From NCBI GenBank assembly GCA_023246055.1, contig JAHFJD010000001.1:2781-66780 (forward strand): 64,000 nucleotides of DNA, written 5' to 3'. The stretch is from Candidatus Doudnabacteria bacterium (GTDB lineage: Bacteria > Patescibacteriota > Doudnabacteria > UBA920 > 2-01-FULL-46-14). The position numbers and the translations under genes were made by a program. Below are positions 54,589 through 63,600 of this stretch, piece by piece (the stretch's first letter is position 1; each line of letters opens with the position of its first letter). The notes below the pieces were generated by a model that was not told the origin of the DNA, made no database searches, and worked only from the letters and a program-made list of their open reading frames with translations.

Positions 54589-56598
54589 ATGGCAAACTTG
54601 GCCATAAAACTCAAAAATCTTCCTCAAGCCCCCGGGGTGTATCTGTTCAAAAACAACCGCGGCGAGGTTTTGTACGTTGGTAAAGCTAAAAATCTGAAAA
54701 ATCGCGTCAGGTCATACTTTCAGAATGGCAGAGATTTCGAAGCGCGACTCACGGTCATGAAGCAAAACATTGCGGATCTTGATTACACAGTGGTGTCCTC
54801 GGAAATCGAGAGCCTGATGCTCGAAAATAATCTCATCAAGCAATATCAGCCACGATTCAATGTGCTCATGCGAGATGATAAAAATTATCAGTTTATCAAG
54901 CTCGATTATTCTTTTGAAATCCCACAGATTTACACAGTGCGTCAGGTTCCCCTCCTCGTGAGGAGGGGTCAGGGGAGGTTAACCCCCTCCCCGCCCGCCT
55001 CGCAAGCGAGAGCGTTGCGGGCAGGTTCCTCTCCCCCTCACCTGCCCGACTTCGTTTGGGCGAAGTCCAGGCGGGCGGGCGAGGGGGAGAAACTTTCAAG
55101 GTATTTCGGGCCTTATACCTCCAGCCTGGCAGTCAAACAAACTTTGCACCTGTTGAAAAGCATTTTCCATCTCTGCCGCAACAAAAAGATCATTACCAAA
55201 CCCTGTTTCGCCTATCAACTCGGCCGTTGCAGTGGGGTGTGTGTTGGCAAGGTCTCATTACCTGAGTATCTTGAGACTTTTAAGCAAGTCGAAGGTTTTC
55301 TCAAGCATCGGCAAACCGAGATGATGAAAATTCTGCGCGGGGAAATGACCACTGCCGCCACGCGCCACAAATTTGAGAGGGCAGCCATGATCCGGGATAC
55401 GATTCGGTCACTAGAATATATGTGGCAAAAGCAAAAAATCGTGACAGCGAGAAATGAAAACCACGATTATCTCGGGTTGTTCAAACTGGCAACACAAGCG
55501 GTGGTGTGTTTGTTTGTGGTGCGGGGAGGGAGACTCATCCATACTGAACATTTTGAACTGGTGCATGACAATTCTTCATCACCGGAGATTATGGAGCGAT
55601 TTATCACCCAGTATTATGAACAAACCAGCGATATTCCTCAGGAGCTTATCCTCTCTGAAGAATTACCCCGCGTCCCACTCCTGGAAAAATTTCTCACTCG
55701 GCTCACAGGTCAGCGGATTACATTGATTGTTCCGCACCGCGGCAAAAAATCTGGATTGTTAAAACTTGCTGCGGAAAATGCCAGACTCTATCACGAGCGG
55801 CAAATGCCGGATTTTCAAAAAGAAAAACCCAAGCAAACACTCCATGCTTTATCGAGGTTTCTTGAACTTCCAAAAATCCCGATGCGCATTGAAGGTTATG
55901 ACATTTCCAACATCCAAGGAATCAATCCAGTCGGATCGATGGTAGTGTTTACTGCTGGCGTGCCGGACAAAAGCCAATATAGAAAATTTAAAATCAGACT
56001 CCCAGAAACCCCCAATGATTTTGCTATGATGCGCGAGATGCTGGAGCGGAGATTTCGTCACCTCCCCCTCATGAGGGGGAGGATGGGTGGGGGTCGCGGA
56101 GCAAATACACCCACAACCTTCCCTCCCCCTCCTCACGAGGAGGGGGACAATACCTCTTGGCTTCTCCCCGACCTCATCATTATCGACGGCGGCAAAGGGC
56201 AGCTAAATGCTGCTGTTTCCATACTGAAACACAATGATCTGAAAATTCCTGTGATAGCGCTTGCGAAACGACTCGAAGAAATTTTTTTGCCGGGGCGAAA
56301 GAATCCCCTGGTGCTTCCCCCAGGCAACCGGGCGTTATTTCTCCTTCAGCGTATTCGGGATGAGGCTCATCGTTTTGCTGTGACATTTTTCCGGAGCCGT
56401 CACCGGCGCGCTCAAATTTATTCTCGCCTCGAGGATATTTTTGGGGTTGGACCAGTAACTCGAAAAAAATTGATCAAAAAATTCGGCAGCGCTATAGCGG
56501 TCAGACGCGCTTCTCTTGACGCTCTTACGGCAGAGATCGGTCCGCGACTTGCAAAAAATATCAAGGAGCAACTGCCCCCATATCAAGCGAAGCCCTGA
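54589..56598 (+). CDS. uvrC: Excinuclease ABC subunit C carrying two in-frame GC-rich repeat insertions
   Basis: 669 aa; GIY-YIG N-terminus (GVYLFKNNRGEVLYVGKAKNLKNR), UvrC Endo-V/RNaseH-like and HhH C-terminus; insertions at 54940-55095 and 56060-56160 encode P/G/E-rich segments. Confidence 0.9.
   Translation: MANLAIKLKNLPQAPGVYLFKNNRGEVLYVGKAKNLKNRVRSYFQNGRDFEARLTVMKQNIADLDYTVVSSEIESLMLENNLIKQYQPRFNVLMRDDKNYQFIKLDYSFEIPQIYTVRQVPLLVRRGQGRLTPSPPASQARALRAGSSPPHLPDFVWAKSRRAGEGEKLSRYFGPYTSSLAVKQTLHLLKSIFHLCRNKKIITKPCFAYQLGRCSGVCVGKVSLPEYLETFKQVEGFLKHRQTEMMKILRGEMTTAATRHKFERAAMIRDTIRSLEYMWQKQKIVTARNENHDYLGLFKLATQAVVCLFVVRGGRLIHTEHFELVHDNSSSPEIMERFITQYYEQTSDIPQELILSEELPRVPLLEKFLTRLTGQRITLIVPHRGKKSGLLKLAAENARLYHERQMPDFQKEKPKQTLHALSRFLELPKIPMRIEGYDISNIQGINPVGSMVVFTAGVPDKSQYRKFKIRLPETPNDFAMMREMLERRFRHLPLMRGRMGGGRGANTPTTFPPPPHEEGDNTSWLLPDLIIIDGGKGQLNAAVSILKHNDLKIPVIALAKRLEEIFLPGRKNPLVLPPGNRALFLLQRIRDEAHRFAVTFFRSRHRRAQIYSRLEDIFGVGPVTRKKLIKKFGSAIAVRRASLDALTAEIGPRLAKNIKEQLPPYQAKP
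54940..55095. repeat. Long GC-rich composite hairpin insertion (family 1 + CCCGCCCGCC/GGCGGGCGGG arms) inside uvrC
   Basis: ttcccctcctcgtgaggaggggtcaggggagg...ccccgcccgcctcgcaagcgagagcgttgcgggcagg...caggcgggcgggcgagggggagaaac. Confidence 0.7.
56061..56148. repeat. Two adjacent GC-rich hairpin repeats (family 1) inside uvrC: CCTCCCCCTCATGAGGGGGAGG and TCCCCCTCCTCACGAGGAGGGGGA
   Basis: Seen directly; encode HLPLMRGRMGGGRGANTPTTFPPPPHEEGD. Confidence 0.8.
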
Positions 56599-56669
56599 TT
56601 GACTAAAATCGATGTTTGCAGTAAAGTGATTAGGTATGAACTATCTTTTGATACTTAATTTCTAACGGG

Positions 56670-56888
56670 GTGAACCAAGCATTACTCATCGCGCAAATGG
56701 CGATTTCAATACTAATCGTTGTAGCTGTACTGCTGCAAAACCGCGGTTCAGGGTTATCATCCGTGTTTGGCGGGGGCGGAGCGATTTACCGCACTAAGCG
56801 CGGCCTGGAAAAGGGACTATTTATCTTGACGATCATTTTAGTAATTTTGTTCATAGCCATCGGTGTTGCGAATCTGGCCTTGCAGTAG
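56670..56888 (+). CDS. secG: Preprotein translocase subunit SecG
   Basis: 72 aa; two TM helices, LLQNRGSGLSSVFGGGG motif typical of SecG. Confidence 0.7.
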   Translation: MNQALLIAQMAISILIVVAVLLQNRGSGLSSVFGGGGAIYRTKRGLEKGLFILTIILVILFIAIGVANLALQ

Positions 56889-56943
56889 CAGTTTGACAAG
56901 CTCACTGCGTGTTAATTTATCTAAACGATTCGTTACACGTAAA

Positions 56944-58704
56944 ATGCTCGATCTCCAATCACCGACAAATCACGAAGACCGCGACAAAACCACATTCTCG
57001 CGGTTTGTCGCGCGCGCTAAAATTTATTCGAACAGATTTTCCAGCGCAGAAAAAAAACTCTTAGCTGGATTGTTGATCCTACTGATTGGCAGTGCGGTAT
57101 TTTATGAGATCAGATTCCGCTCGAACTCGATCCTCGTGCCAAAAACCGGCGGCTCTTATACTGAAGGCCTCGTCGGTCAGCCGCAGCACATCAATCCGCT
57201 TCTGGCCCCAGCCAACAAAGTCGACCTCGACCTCTCCCGGATTGTCTATGCCGGGCTTTTGAAATTCGACCAAAACCTCAATCTAGTCCCGGATTTGGCA
57301 GAGGCCATGCCACAGATTTCCGCAGATGGCAAAGAGTATACAGTAAAGTTGCGCCCGAACCTGATCTGGCCGGGGAAGGAAGGCCGCCGCCTCACAGGAA
57401 GTGACGTGAGGTTTACCATACAAGCCATCCAAAATCCGGATTATCAGAGTCCCCTGCGGCTGTCGTGGAACAAGGTGGAAGTGCAAGAAATCGATGAGCT
57501 CACGTTAAAATTTATCATCCGAGAAGCCTCCGCCACATTCATTGCCAATCTTACGGTAGGGATCATGCCGAAACATATTTGGGAAAATATTTCCGGTTCA
57601 TCATTTGCGCTGTCGAATCTCAATCTCGAACCCACTGGCGCCGGTCCCTTTCAAGTGGATAAAATTACTCGCGGACGAAATGGCGAAGTTCGTAGCATCA
57701 GCCTTGTGCCGAATAAACAATATCATCTTGGTCGGTCGTATTTGGACAAACTTACTTTTCGTTTTTTTGAGTCAACCGATGATCTCATCGAGGCTTATCA
57801 CAGCCACGATATCGAGGGGCTTGGTTTTGAACCATTTGACCGGAGTTTGTTCATTGAACCCAAAAAAAGCCTCCAGCAAATCAAGTTGACACTCCCCCAA
57901 TATCAAGCGGTATTTATTAACGAACTAAAAAATCCGGCACCCCTCGGAGATCCCCGGGTGCGTCTCGCTCTTGCGAAATCCGTTAACAAACAGCAAATCA
58001 TCTCTGATATTTATGGGGATCAAGTGGGGGAGGCTTATGGTCCGATTTTGCCCGGGCACCTTGGCTATCATGAGCAAATCCCAGGGGCTCCAATGAATAT
58101 TTACGATCTAGAAGGAGCCAAGAAACTCCTCGAAGAGGCGGGTTGGACTGTGGATCCGGCGACCGGTTTTCGCAAAGACAAACTTGATCGTACTGTCACG
58201 TTGAGCCTCGTGACCAATGATTTTTCTCCAAACGTGCGCGTGGCTGATGCTCTCAAGCAAATGTGGGAATCAATTGGCATCAAAATCGTTTTGAGCATAG
58301 AAACGCCGCGCGACCTTGAAGAGAAATACATCCGGCCGCGGAATTTTGAACTCCTGTTGTTTTCGGAGAATGTGGGCGCTGATCCGGACCCGTATCCGTT
58401 CTGGCACTCGGCCCAGCGCCGCGATCCGGGTCTCAATTTCACGACTTTTGCGAACGCGCAGGCAGATCGTCTTTTGGTTGAGGCTCGAGGTAATGTCTCG
58501 GCAGTGGTTCGTGCCCAAAAATATCGACAATTTCAGGAAATTTTTGTCGGCGTGGTTCCAGCTATCTTTCTGACTCGTAGCCTGTATGTCTACAATCTAC
58601 CCGCCAAAATCCAAGGCGTGAAATTGGGCACTGTGGTTACCGCGGCTGATCGATTTGCCGATATCCGGGAGTGGTATATTGAAACCAGGAGAGTAAAGAA
58701 GTAG
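56944..58704 (+). CDS. ABC transporter oligopeptide-binding protein (SBP family 5) with N-terminal TM anchor
   Basis: 586 aa from ATG 56944; SBP_bac_5-like sequence throughout. Confidence 0.75.
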   Translation: MLDLQSPTNHEDRDKTTFSRFVARAKIYSNRFSSAEKKLLAGLLILLIGSAVFYEIRFRSNSILVPKTGGSYTEGLVGQPQHINPLLAPANKVDLDLSRIVYAGLLKFDQNLNLVPDLAEAMPQISADGKEYTVKLRPNLIWPGKEGRRLTGSDVRFTIQAIQNPDYQSPLRLSWNKVEVQEIDELTLKFIIREASATFIANLTVGIMPKHIWENISGSSFALSNLNLEPTGAGPFQVDKITRGRNGEVRSISLVPNKQYHLGRSYLDKLTFRFFESTDDLIEAYHSHDIEGLGFEPFDRSLFIEPKKSLQQIKLTLPQYQAVFINELKNPAPLGDPRVRLALAKSVNKQQIISDIYGDQVGEAYGPILPGHLGYHEQIPGAPMNIYDLEGAKKLLEEAGWTVDPATGFRKDKLDRTVTLSLVTNDFSPNVRVADALKQMWESIGIKIVLSIETPRDLEEKYIRPRNFELLLFSENVGADPDPYPFWHSAQRRDPGLNFTTFANAQADRLLVEARGNVSAVVRAQKYRQFQEIFVGVVPAIFLTRSLYVYNLPAKIQGVKLGTVVTAADRFADIREWYIETRRVKK

Positions 58705-58715
58705 AATACTTTGAT

Positions 58716-58833
58716 AAGGGCGCGTGGCGGAACTGGCCCGCCCAAATTTGCAAAGCAAATTTCAGTCGGGCAGGCAGATTTGCCCCGCATAGCTGGTGCC
58801 TGTATGGCGGAACTGGTATACGCGTACGTTCAC
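58716..58833 (+). other. Two tandem degenerate copies of the tRNA-Leu(CAG) 5' portion (pseudo-tRNA remnants)
   Basis: 58716-58800: GGGCGCGTGGCGGAACTGGCCCGCC... with Leu-like D-arm and variable arm but no T-arm; 58800-58833: 28 nt identical to tRNA positions 5-32 (GTATGGCGGAACTGGTATACGCGTACG). Confidence 0.55.
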
Positions 58834-60389
58834 CCCGCACTAACTCTTTGCAAGTTTAACAAATTACTTATTCTTGATGGGCGTATGGCGGAACTGGTAT
58901 ACGCGTACGCTTCAGGAGCGTATGGCCGCAAGGCCGTGAGAGTTCGAGTCTCTCTACGCCCACCACCCAAGTAATTTCTCCGATCGGCGATCAAGTCGTA
59001 AGGTTCTTTTAGCTTAAGGATCACATTTTCCGCGCTCACCAACCGGTTCGAGGTCAACGTTTCCACCAAACAATGCTTTTCTTCTTCATTTGCCATTTCG
59101 TAGCTTGAATATGCGGTTTTTGCGAGTTCGAGAACATTGAGGACGTGATCGGGAACGGCAGCCATTTTCTCTGGGGCTCCCAGCTGCTGCTCTAGATCTT
59201 TCTTCTCCAACAGCAGAAGCCGATTCCGATTGTCAAACGCTTCTTTATCGAGGACTTGATCCAGGTAGGCGTCGGTCAGGCGAGCCAACCGCTGTTCAAT
59301 GTTCGAAATCCGCAATCGCAAACCCTTCTGTGCCGATTCCGTATTCTGCTTCCAGTCCGCTTTCAGTTTTTCAATGGCTTGCCGAGCCCGGACTTCTTCC
59401 AGCGGCTCCAGTTCCAGCTTGAACAATTCCGCCCTAACAGCGTAGTCCACGGCCTCCTCTCGTACGCAACGGGTCGGACATGCCGAAGTATGGCAACGGT
59501 AATAAACATGGCCTTTCTGCCGCTCGCCGATCATGGTTGCCTGACAGAGGCTGCACGCCAGTAGCCGCCGGAAAGCAAACCAATGCCGGAAATTCCTCGG
59601 GTGATAACGTCCATCGAGTATGGCTTGCACACGATCGAAGGTAGGCTTCGGTACCAGCGGTACGTGAGCGCCGGGAAAGGATTCTCCAGTGCTGTGAATG
59701 AGAATCACACCGACATAGAAGGGATCCCGTAACATCAAGGCCCACCGGGCCCGCTGCACGGAGCGGTTCCTGGTGTTTCTCAAGCCTCGCTTCGTCATTT
59801 CCTCCGTCAGTTGATCAAGGTTGTATCTTCCGGATGCGTACAGATCGAAACCCAGACGAACGAGTGGCCCTTTGACCGGGTCGATGGCCTTGGGTTGACC
59901 GGCTCCTTGATCAAGGTAACCCAACGGGGCAGGGCGCGGATAGATACCTTGCTTGAGCCGGCCATAGAATCCTTTGCGCGTCTCTTCGCGTAGGTTTCGG
60001 ATATAGTCGGCGGCCACGACAGCTTGAATGTCAGCGGTCAGCCGCCCGCCGCGCGTGTTCAGATCCAGGCTTTCATTGGCAAACCAAACATCAGTCCCCT
60101 GATCGATGAGTTCTCCGAGATCCGCCCAGTCCCGAAGGTTCCTGGCGCTGCGGTCGATCTTGTGAATGACCACACCGGTCGCCTTGCCGGCTTTCAATGC
60201 TTTCAGCATTTGATTGAAAATCGGTCGTCCGCGTTTGGCAGCGGTTTCTCTTTCTTCAAACCATTCTCCAACATCGAACCCGCGGGTTCGGCAGAATCGC
60301 TCGATGGCGCCTCGCTGTTCTTGCAAAGAGACGCCTTTTTCGCCTTGTTTGGGCGTAGAAACACGGATGTAACCAAACACTTGTTTCAT
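58830..60389 (-). CDS. Large serine recombinase (resolvase/invertase N-terminal domain + recombinase + zinc-ribbon domains)
   Basis: 519 aa; YIRVSTPKQGEKGVSLQEQ catalytic Ser motif; C-terminal ~47 codons read antisense through tRNA-Leu so true stop may be earlier; high local GC. Confidence 0.85.
   Translation of the reverse strand: MKQVFGYIRVSTPKQGEKGVSLQEQRGAIERFCRTRGFDVGEWFEERETAAKRGRPIFNQMLKALKAGKATGVVIHKIDRSARNLRDWADLGELIDQGTDVWFANESLDLNTRGGRLTADIQAVVAADYIRNLREETRKGFYGRLKQGIYPRPAPLGYLDQGAGQPKAIDPVKGPLVRLGFDLYASGRYNLDQLTEEMTKRGLRNTRNRSVQRARWALMLRDPFYVGVILIHSTGESFPGAHVPLVPKPTFDRVQAILDGRYHPRNFRHWFAFRRLLACSLCQATMIGERQKGHVYYRCHTSACPTRCVREEAVDYAVRAELFKLELEPLEEVRARQAIEKLKADWKQNTESAQKGLRLRISNIEQRLARLTDAYLDQVLDKEAFDNRNRLLLLEKKDLEQQLGAPEKMAAVPDHVLNVLELAKTAYSSYEMANEEEKHCLVETLTSNRLVSAENVILKLKEPYDLIADRRNYLGGGRRETRTLTALRPYAPEAYAYTSSAIRPSRISNLLNLQRVSAG
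58879..58962 (+). tRNA. tRNA-Leu (anticodon CAG), CCA encoded
   Basis: GGGCGTATGGCGGAACTGGTATACGCGTACGCTTCAGGAGCGTATGGCCGCAAGGCCGTGAGAGTTCGAGTCTCTCTACGCCCA(CCA). Confidence 0.85.
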
Positions 60390-60470
60390 GGTTGTTGGTG
60401 GACTTGAGACTTACTTAGTTAAAAGATTACTGGCTAGAGTGGTGATAAAACGTGGAGAAACTCTCGCCCT

Positions 60471-62720
60471 TTATCGTCGGATGTATCCCCCAATCGCTCG
60501 GTCGTCCAACCCAGCAAGGTGGGCATCCTTCTTCCGATTTAGAAAAGCGAAGACATGCCAATAAAGCAGTCCACGCGCCGCTTCGCTGGCGCCGGCGTGC
60601 TCCTGAAGCAACTCGTTTAGCATTCCCCAAACTTGTCCATATTGCTCGTTTCGCAATAGTACTTCTGCCAAGCGAATGGTGATCTCGACACGAAGATCCT
60701 TGTCACTGCATGTATCGGCCCATTTTCGCCATTCAGCAAAGTCCGGCTTGGTGTCCATGCGTTCTCGCCACCTGGCACGGACTACATCGTACGCGCAACA
60801 CTGTTGGAGATTGGAAGGATCCGGCCGTTCAAGTGGAAACTCGTTAGCGCTTTCGCCCAACGTTTTAAGCTGCAGCAAGATTTCCAATGACTTTACGAGG
60901 TAGTCCTGGCCTGGCTTAAATCGTAGGTATGGGTTCGCCAGAATCCACTCCAGAACGCTTTCAACGTGAGTGTTCGTGTGCCTGAATGACGACCGGAAAA
61001 AAGGCCAAATATCACCGCTGATCAGCGCAAAAGTGACTTCCGACAGGTCGTTTCCAATTCGGGAACCAGACACCAAACCATCCTGGATCGCACTTAGCAA
61101 GTCTGATTTAGTCTTATCTTTTATATCTCGCCGTACGCGGTCAACCAATCCTTGATTGATGCGCTGGACGAATGTAATCGGCTGGACGAGACTAGCGAAA
61201 AGATTCTCCGCAGTAGGATCGATTTGTGAGGCATCAACATGAATTACGCTCGCAAAACCGAACGTATCAAGATCGTCGATCAGCCGAGTGATGTCACTCT
61301 CCAGATGTTCGTTCAGGTTTTGAAATGCACTCTCAGCGGCCCTCACAAAGAGCGTCTTCGTAAATCCTAAAGGCGCATTCGAATCCAGAAGGACCAAAAG
61401 GTCGAGGAGCGCTCTTGCGCGTTTCGATAGCGACTCCAGAAAGTAGTCGCAATGGTTGTCAGATAGCCTCAGAAATTTTGATTGAGTCATCCTGACGGCG
61501 GTCCCAGGATTGCCACTTGACATCGCGGCGATGGTAGCTACGTCCACGTCACGCGGAAGGTCCATCCGATTCAAGATGGCTGCGATGTCTGAGCGCCTGA
61601 GAGGTTGAAGCTTGAGGCTCGGCAGTTCTGCCACATCCAAGGGGTAAATGGATTCGAAAATCCATACAGTACGATCCCGAGCCGGAGCGGTCTTCCCTTG
61701 TGAGGTGACCTCGCGCACAAATTCCCTGATACTGTTGGCTGCAGCAATTGGATAGGATTCGACCCATATAACAATATCCTTCGAATCCAGTTCCTCAATT
61801 AGCTTTGTACGGCCTAGACCGCTGGGATCAGCATCTGTCACCGCCCGAAAGGTGTGTTGTAGGAACTTATCCACGGAGCGAGCATCTCCCGGACTAACTG
61901 GAAAGCAGTCGCGTTCTCGATTGCGTATATAGTGCTTGATTAGCTCGCTTTTCCCCAGTCCAGGCACAGAGACAACGTCGACGAAACGAACAGTTTTAAG
62001 CGATTCTTTCAACCGTTCGTAATCACTTGATCGTAATTTGTCTAAGTACCAGGGTTTTGAAATCAGATTGTGAACACCATCTAGGTTCTGTCTTAGGAAG
62101 GTTGAAAGACTTTCTAGGTCTGGAAAGGAGGCTAGGCGTTGTTTGATGATAGACTTTAATTGGTCTGCAGCGGAGAGGTGACCGTCAATTTGCGCGCTAC
62201 GAAGCTGCTTCTTCAAAACATCGAGCAAGTTGTATTCATGGGTATAATTCGCTTTCGGTTCGCCTGCGATTCCGACATTGTCATGCGAGAGGTCATGGAG
62301 ATCCGACTTGATCTTCTGAATGTCTGAAAGATCAAGGCCAGGGCAATAGAACAGAATTTCTGGGTCGCGACGGCTTAGAAACCTTATACCCTGATTAACG
62401 AGTGCTCCCTTAAGGAATCCCTGTAAACGCTCCAACTTTTCCAAGAAGGAGTGGAGCTGGCGAGAAACTTCATCGCCAGGTAGATTCTTGACTTCACAGA
62501 CCGCTAGTCGATCTCGAAACGCCAGAACCAAGTCAGCTTGTCTCGCTTTTTGCCAGGGGAATGCCACTTCGAAGAACGCTGACAATTCACCTCGGCTATC
62601 GGTATCCAAAGTGTCCGCCCACCTCTCAATGTCTCGAATTGTGTTTAACGTAGTGGGCTTACTCACCCATTGTTTAAGAGCTCTTATCCACTTTGGATCG
62701 TCTGGAACAAAGCATCGCAT
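60471..62720 (-). CDS. NERD/PD-(D/E)xK nuclease-like domain fused to P-loop NTPase and C-terminal alpha-helical domain (candidate defence/abortive-infection protein)
   Basis: 749 aa; N-terminal ...ADLVLAFRDRLAVCEVKNLPG (D...EVK NERD-like); Walker A VSVPGLGKSELIKHY near aa 300; long helical C-terminus; ~55 % GC vs ~42 % flanks. Confidence 0.55.
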   Translation of the reverse strand: MRCFVPDDPKWIRALKQWVSKPTTLNTIRDIERWADTLDTDSRGELSAFFEVAFPWQKARQADLVLAFRDRLAVCEVKNLPGDEVSRQLHSFLEKLERLQGFLKGALVNQGIRFLSRRDPEILFYCPGLDLSDIQKIKSDLHDLSHDNVGIAGEPKANYTHEYNLLDVLKKQLRSAQIDGHLSAADQLKSIIKQRLASFPDLESLSTFLRQNLDGVHNLISKPWYLDKLRSSDYERLKESLKTVRFVDVVSVPGLGKSELIKHYIRNRERDCFPVSPGDARSVDKFLQHTFRAVTDADPSGLGRTKLIEELDSKDIVIWVESYPIAAANSIREFVREVTSQGKTAPARDRTVWIFESIYPLDVAELPSLKLQPLRRSDIAAILNRMDLPRDVDVATIAAMSSGNPGTAVRMTQSKFLRLSDNHCDYFLESLSKRARALLDLLVLLDSNAPLGFTKTLFVRAAESAFQNLNEHLESDITRLIDDLDTFGFASVIHVDASQIDPTAENLFASLVQPITFVQRINQGLVDRVRRDIKDKTKSDLLSAIQDGLVSGSRIGNDLSEVTFALISGDIWPFFRSSFRHTNTHVESVLEWILANPYLRFKPGQDYLVKSLEILLQLKTLGESANEFPLERPDPSNLQQCCAYDVVRARWRERMDTKPDFAEWRKWADTCSDKDLRVEITIRLAEVLLRNEQYGQVWGMLNELLQEHAGASEAARGLLYWHVFAFLNRKKDAHLAGLDDRAIGGYIRR

Positions 62721-62845
62721 ACGCGTTTACTTGGATTGGATTGGGCAGAGCATACGAAAAGCAGGCTGCAAAAGCAACCTGCCGAAATCTCCCCGAGCTA
62801 GTAGCTGAAGGAAATCCACACCATCCTCCTGTAAATATAACTTGG

Positions 62846-62880
62846 GCTGCTATGTCCGATAGGACTCGGACATAGCAGCT
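62846..62880. repeat. Strong perfect hairpin GCTGCTATGTCCGA-TAGGA-CTCGGACATAGCAGC downstream of island-internal gene start
   Basis: 14-bp perfect stem seen directly. Confidence 0.8.
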
Positions 62881-63600
62881 TGCAGCCACGCACGTCTTAC
62901 AAGTCGTGCTTGGGTCTGTGGCCGACGCCAATGTTGTGCACAATGACTTGCGCGCTCCCATTTCCTAGACAACCGTGATAAACCATGCTCCACATCTACT
63001 AGCGCTACCGCGTGCCGCTAGGACACACTAGTAAACGTGTGCTAGCGTGAGCATCCCTATCATCGGCGGAAACAAGCATTGACGACCCTGAGGCCCCCTT
63101 ACTCCATGGCTAGTGTAGTGGCCATTTTGAGCGCCAATAACCCAACGAAGACGCGGTCAGCCACGCGTTGGGTCAAAGAATAAAGCGTTCGCAACACCAC
63201 CAATTACCACTTTCGTGGGGTGCTCAATGATTCATTGAAGTAGGAAGGAACTATCGAAATCCTTGGCTGGACACCGCAGATTACAAGGCAGTATATACCA
63301 TTCAAGTTATTGTTTCAATAGGACTTACAGTTCAGAAACTCCTTTTAATACCGTCTGCTTATGGAAGTATAAAATTTCTGTAAAAAGGAAAGTGGGCGTT
63401 ACGATGAGGGTTTCGTCTTGACGCGTTGCGAGGGAACCCGTATAGATACTTTCATGATCTTGGTTATGCGGATATTTCTTAAAACCTAACCTGTCGTAAT
63501 CACGCCCGCCTCAGGCGGCGTTCACGCATTGAATGCGGACACGGTGGCCACGCAACAAGAACCAGAAGAGCCAACCGACAATCGAAAGGAGAAACAATCG

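Noticed and set aside
62488-62961. Small ORFs 62488-62808 (+), 62674-62961 (-), 62693-62875 (+), 63662-63907 (+), 63684-63993 (-) in the island spacer
   Set aside because: Mutually overlapping, GC-rich random-frame ORFs without RBS. The 63662-63907 frame conflicts with the integrase-like frame beginning at 63601, which has clear homology.
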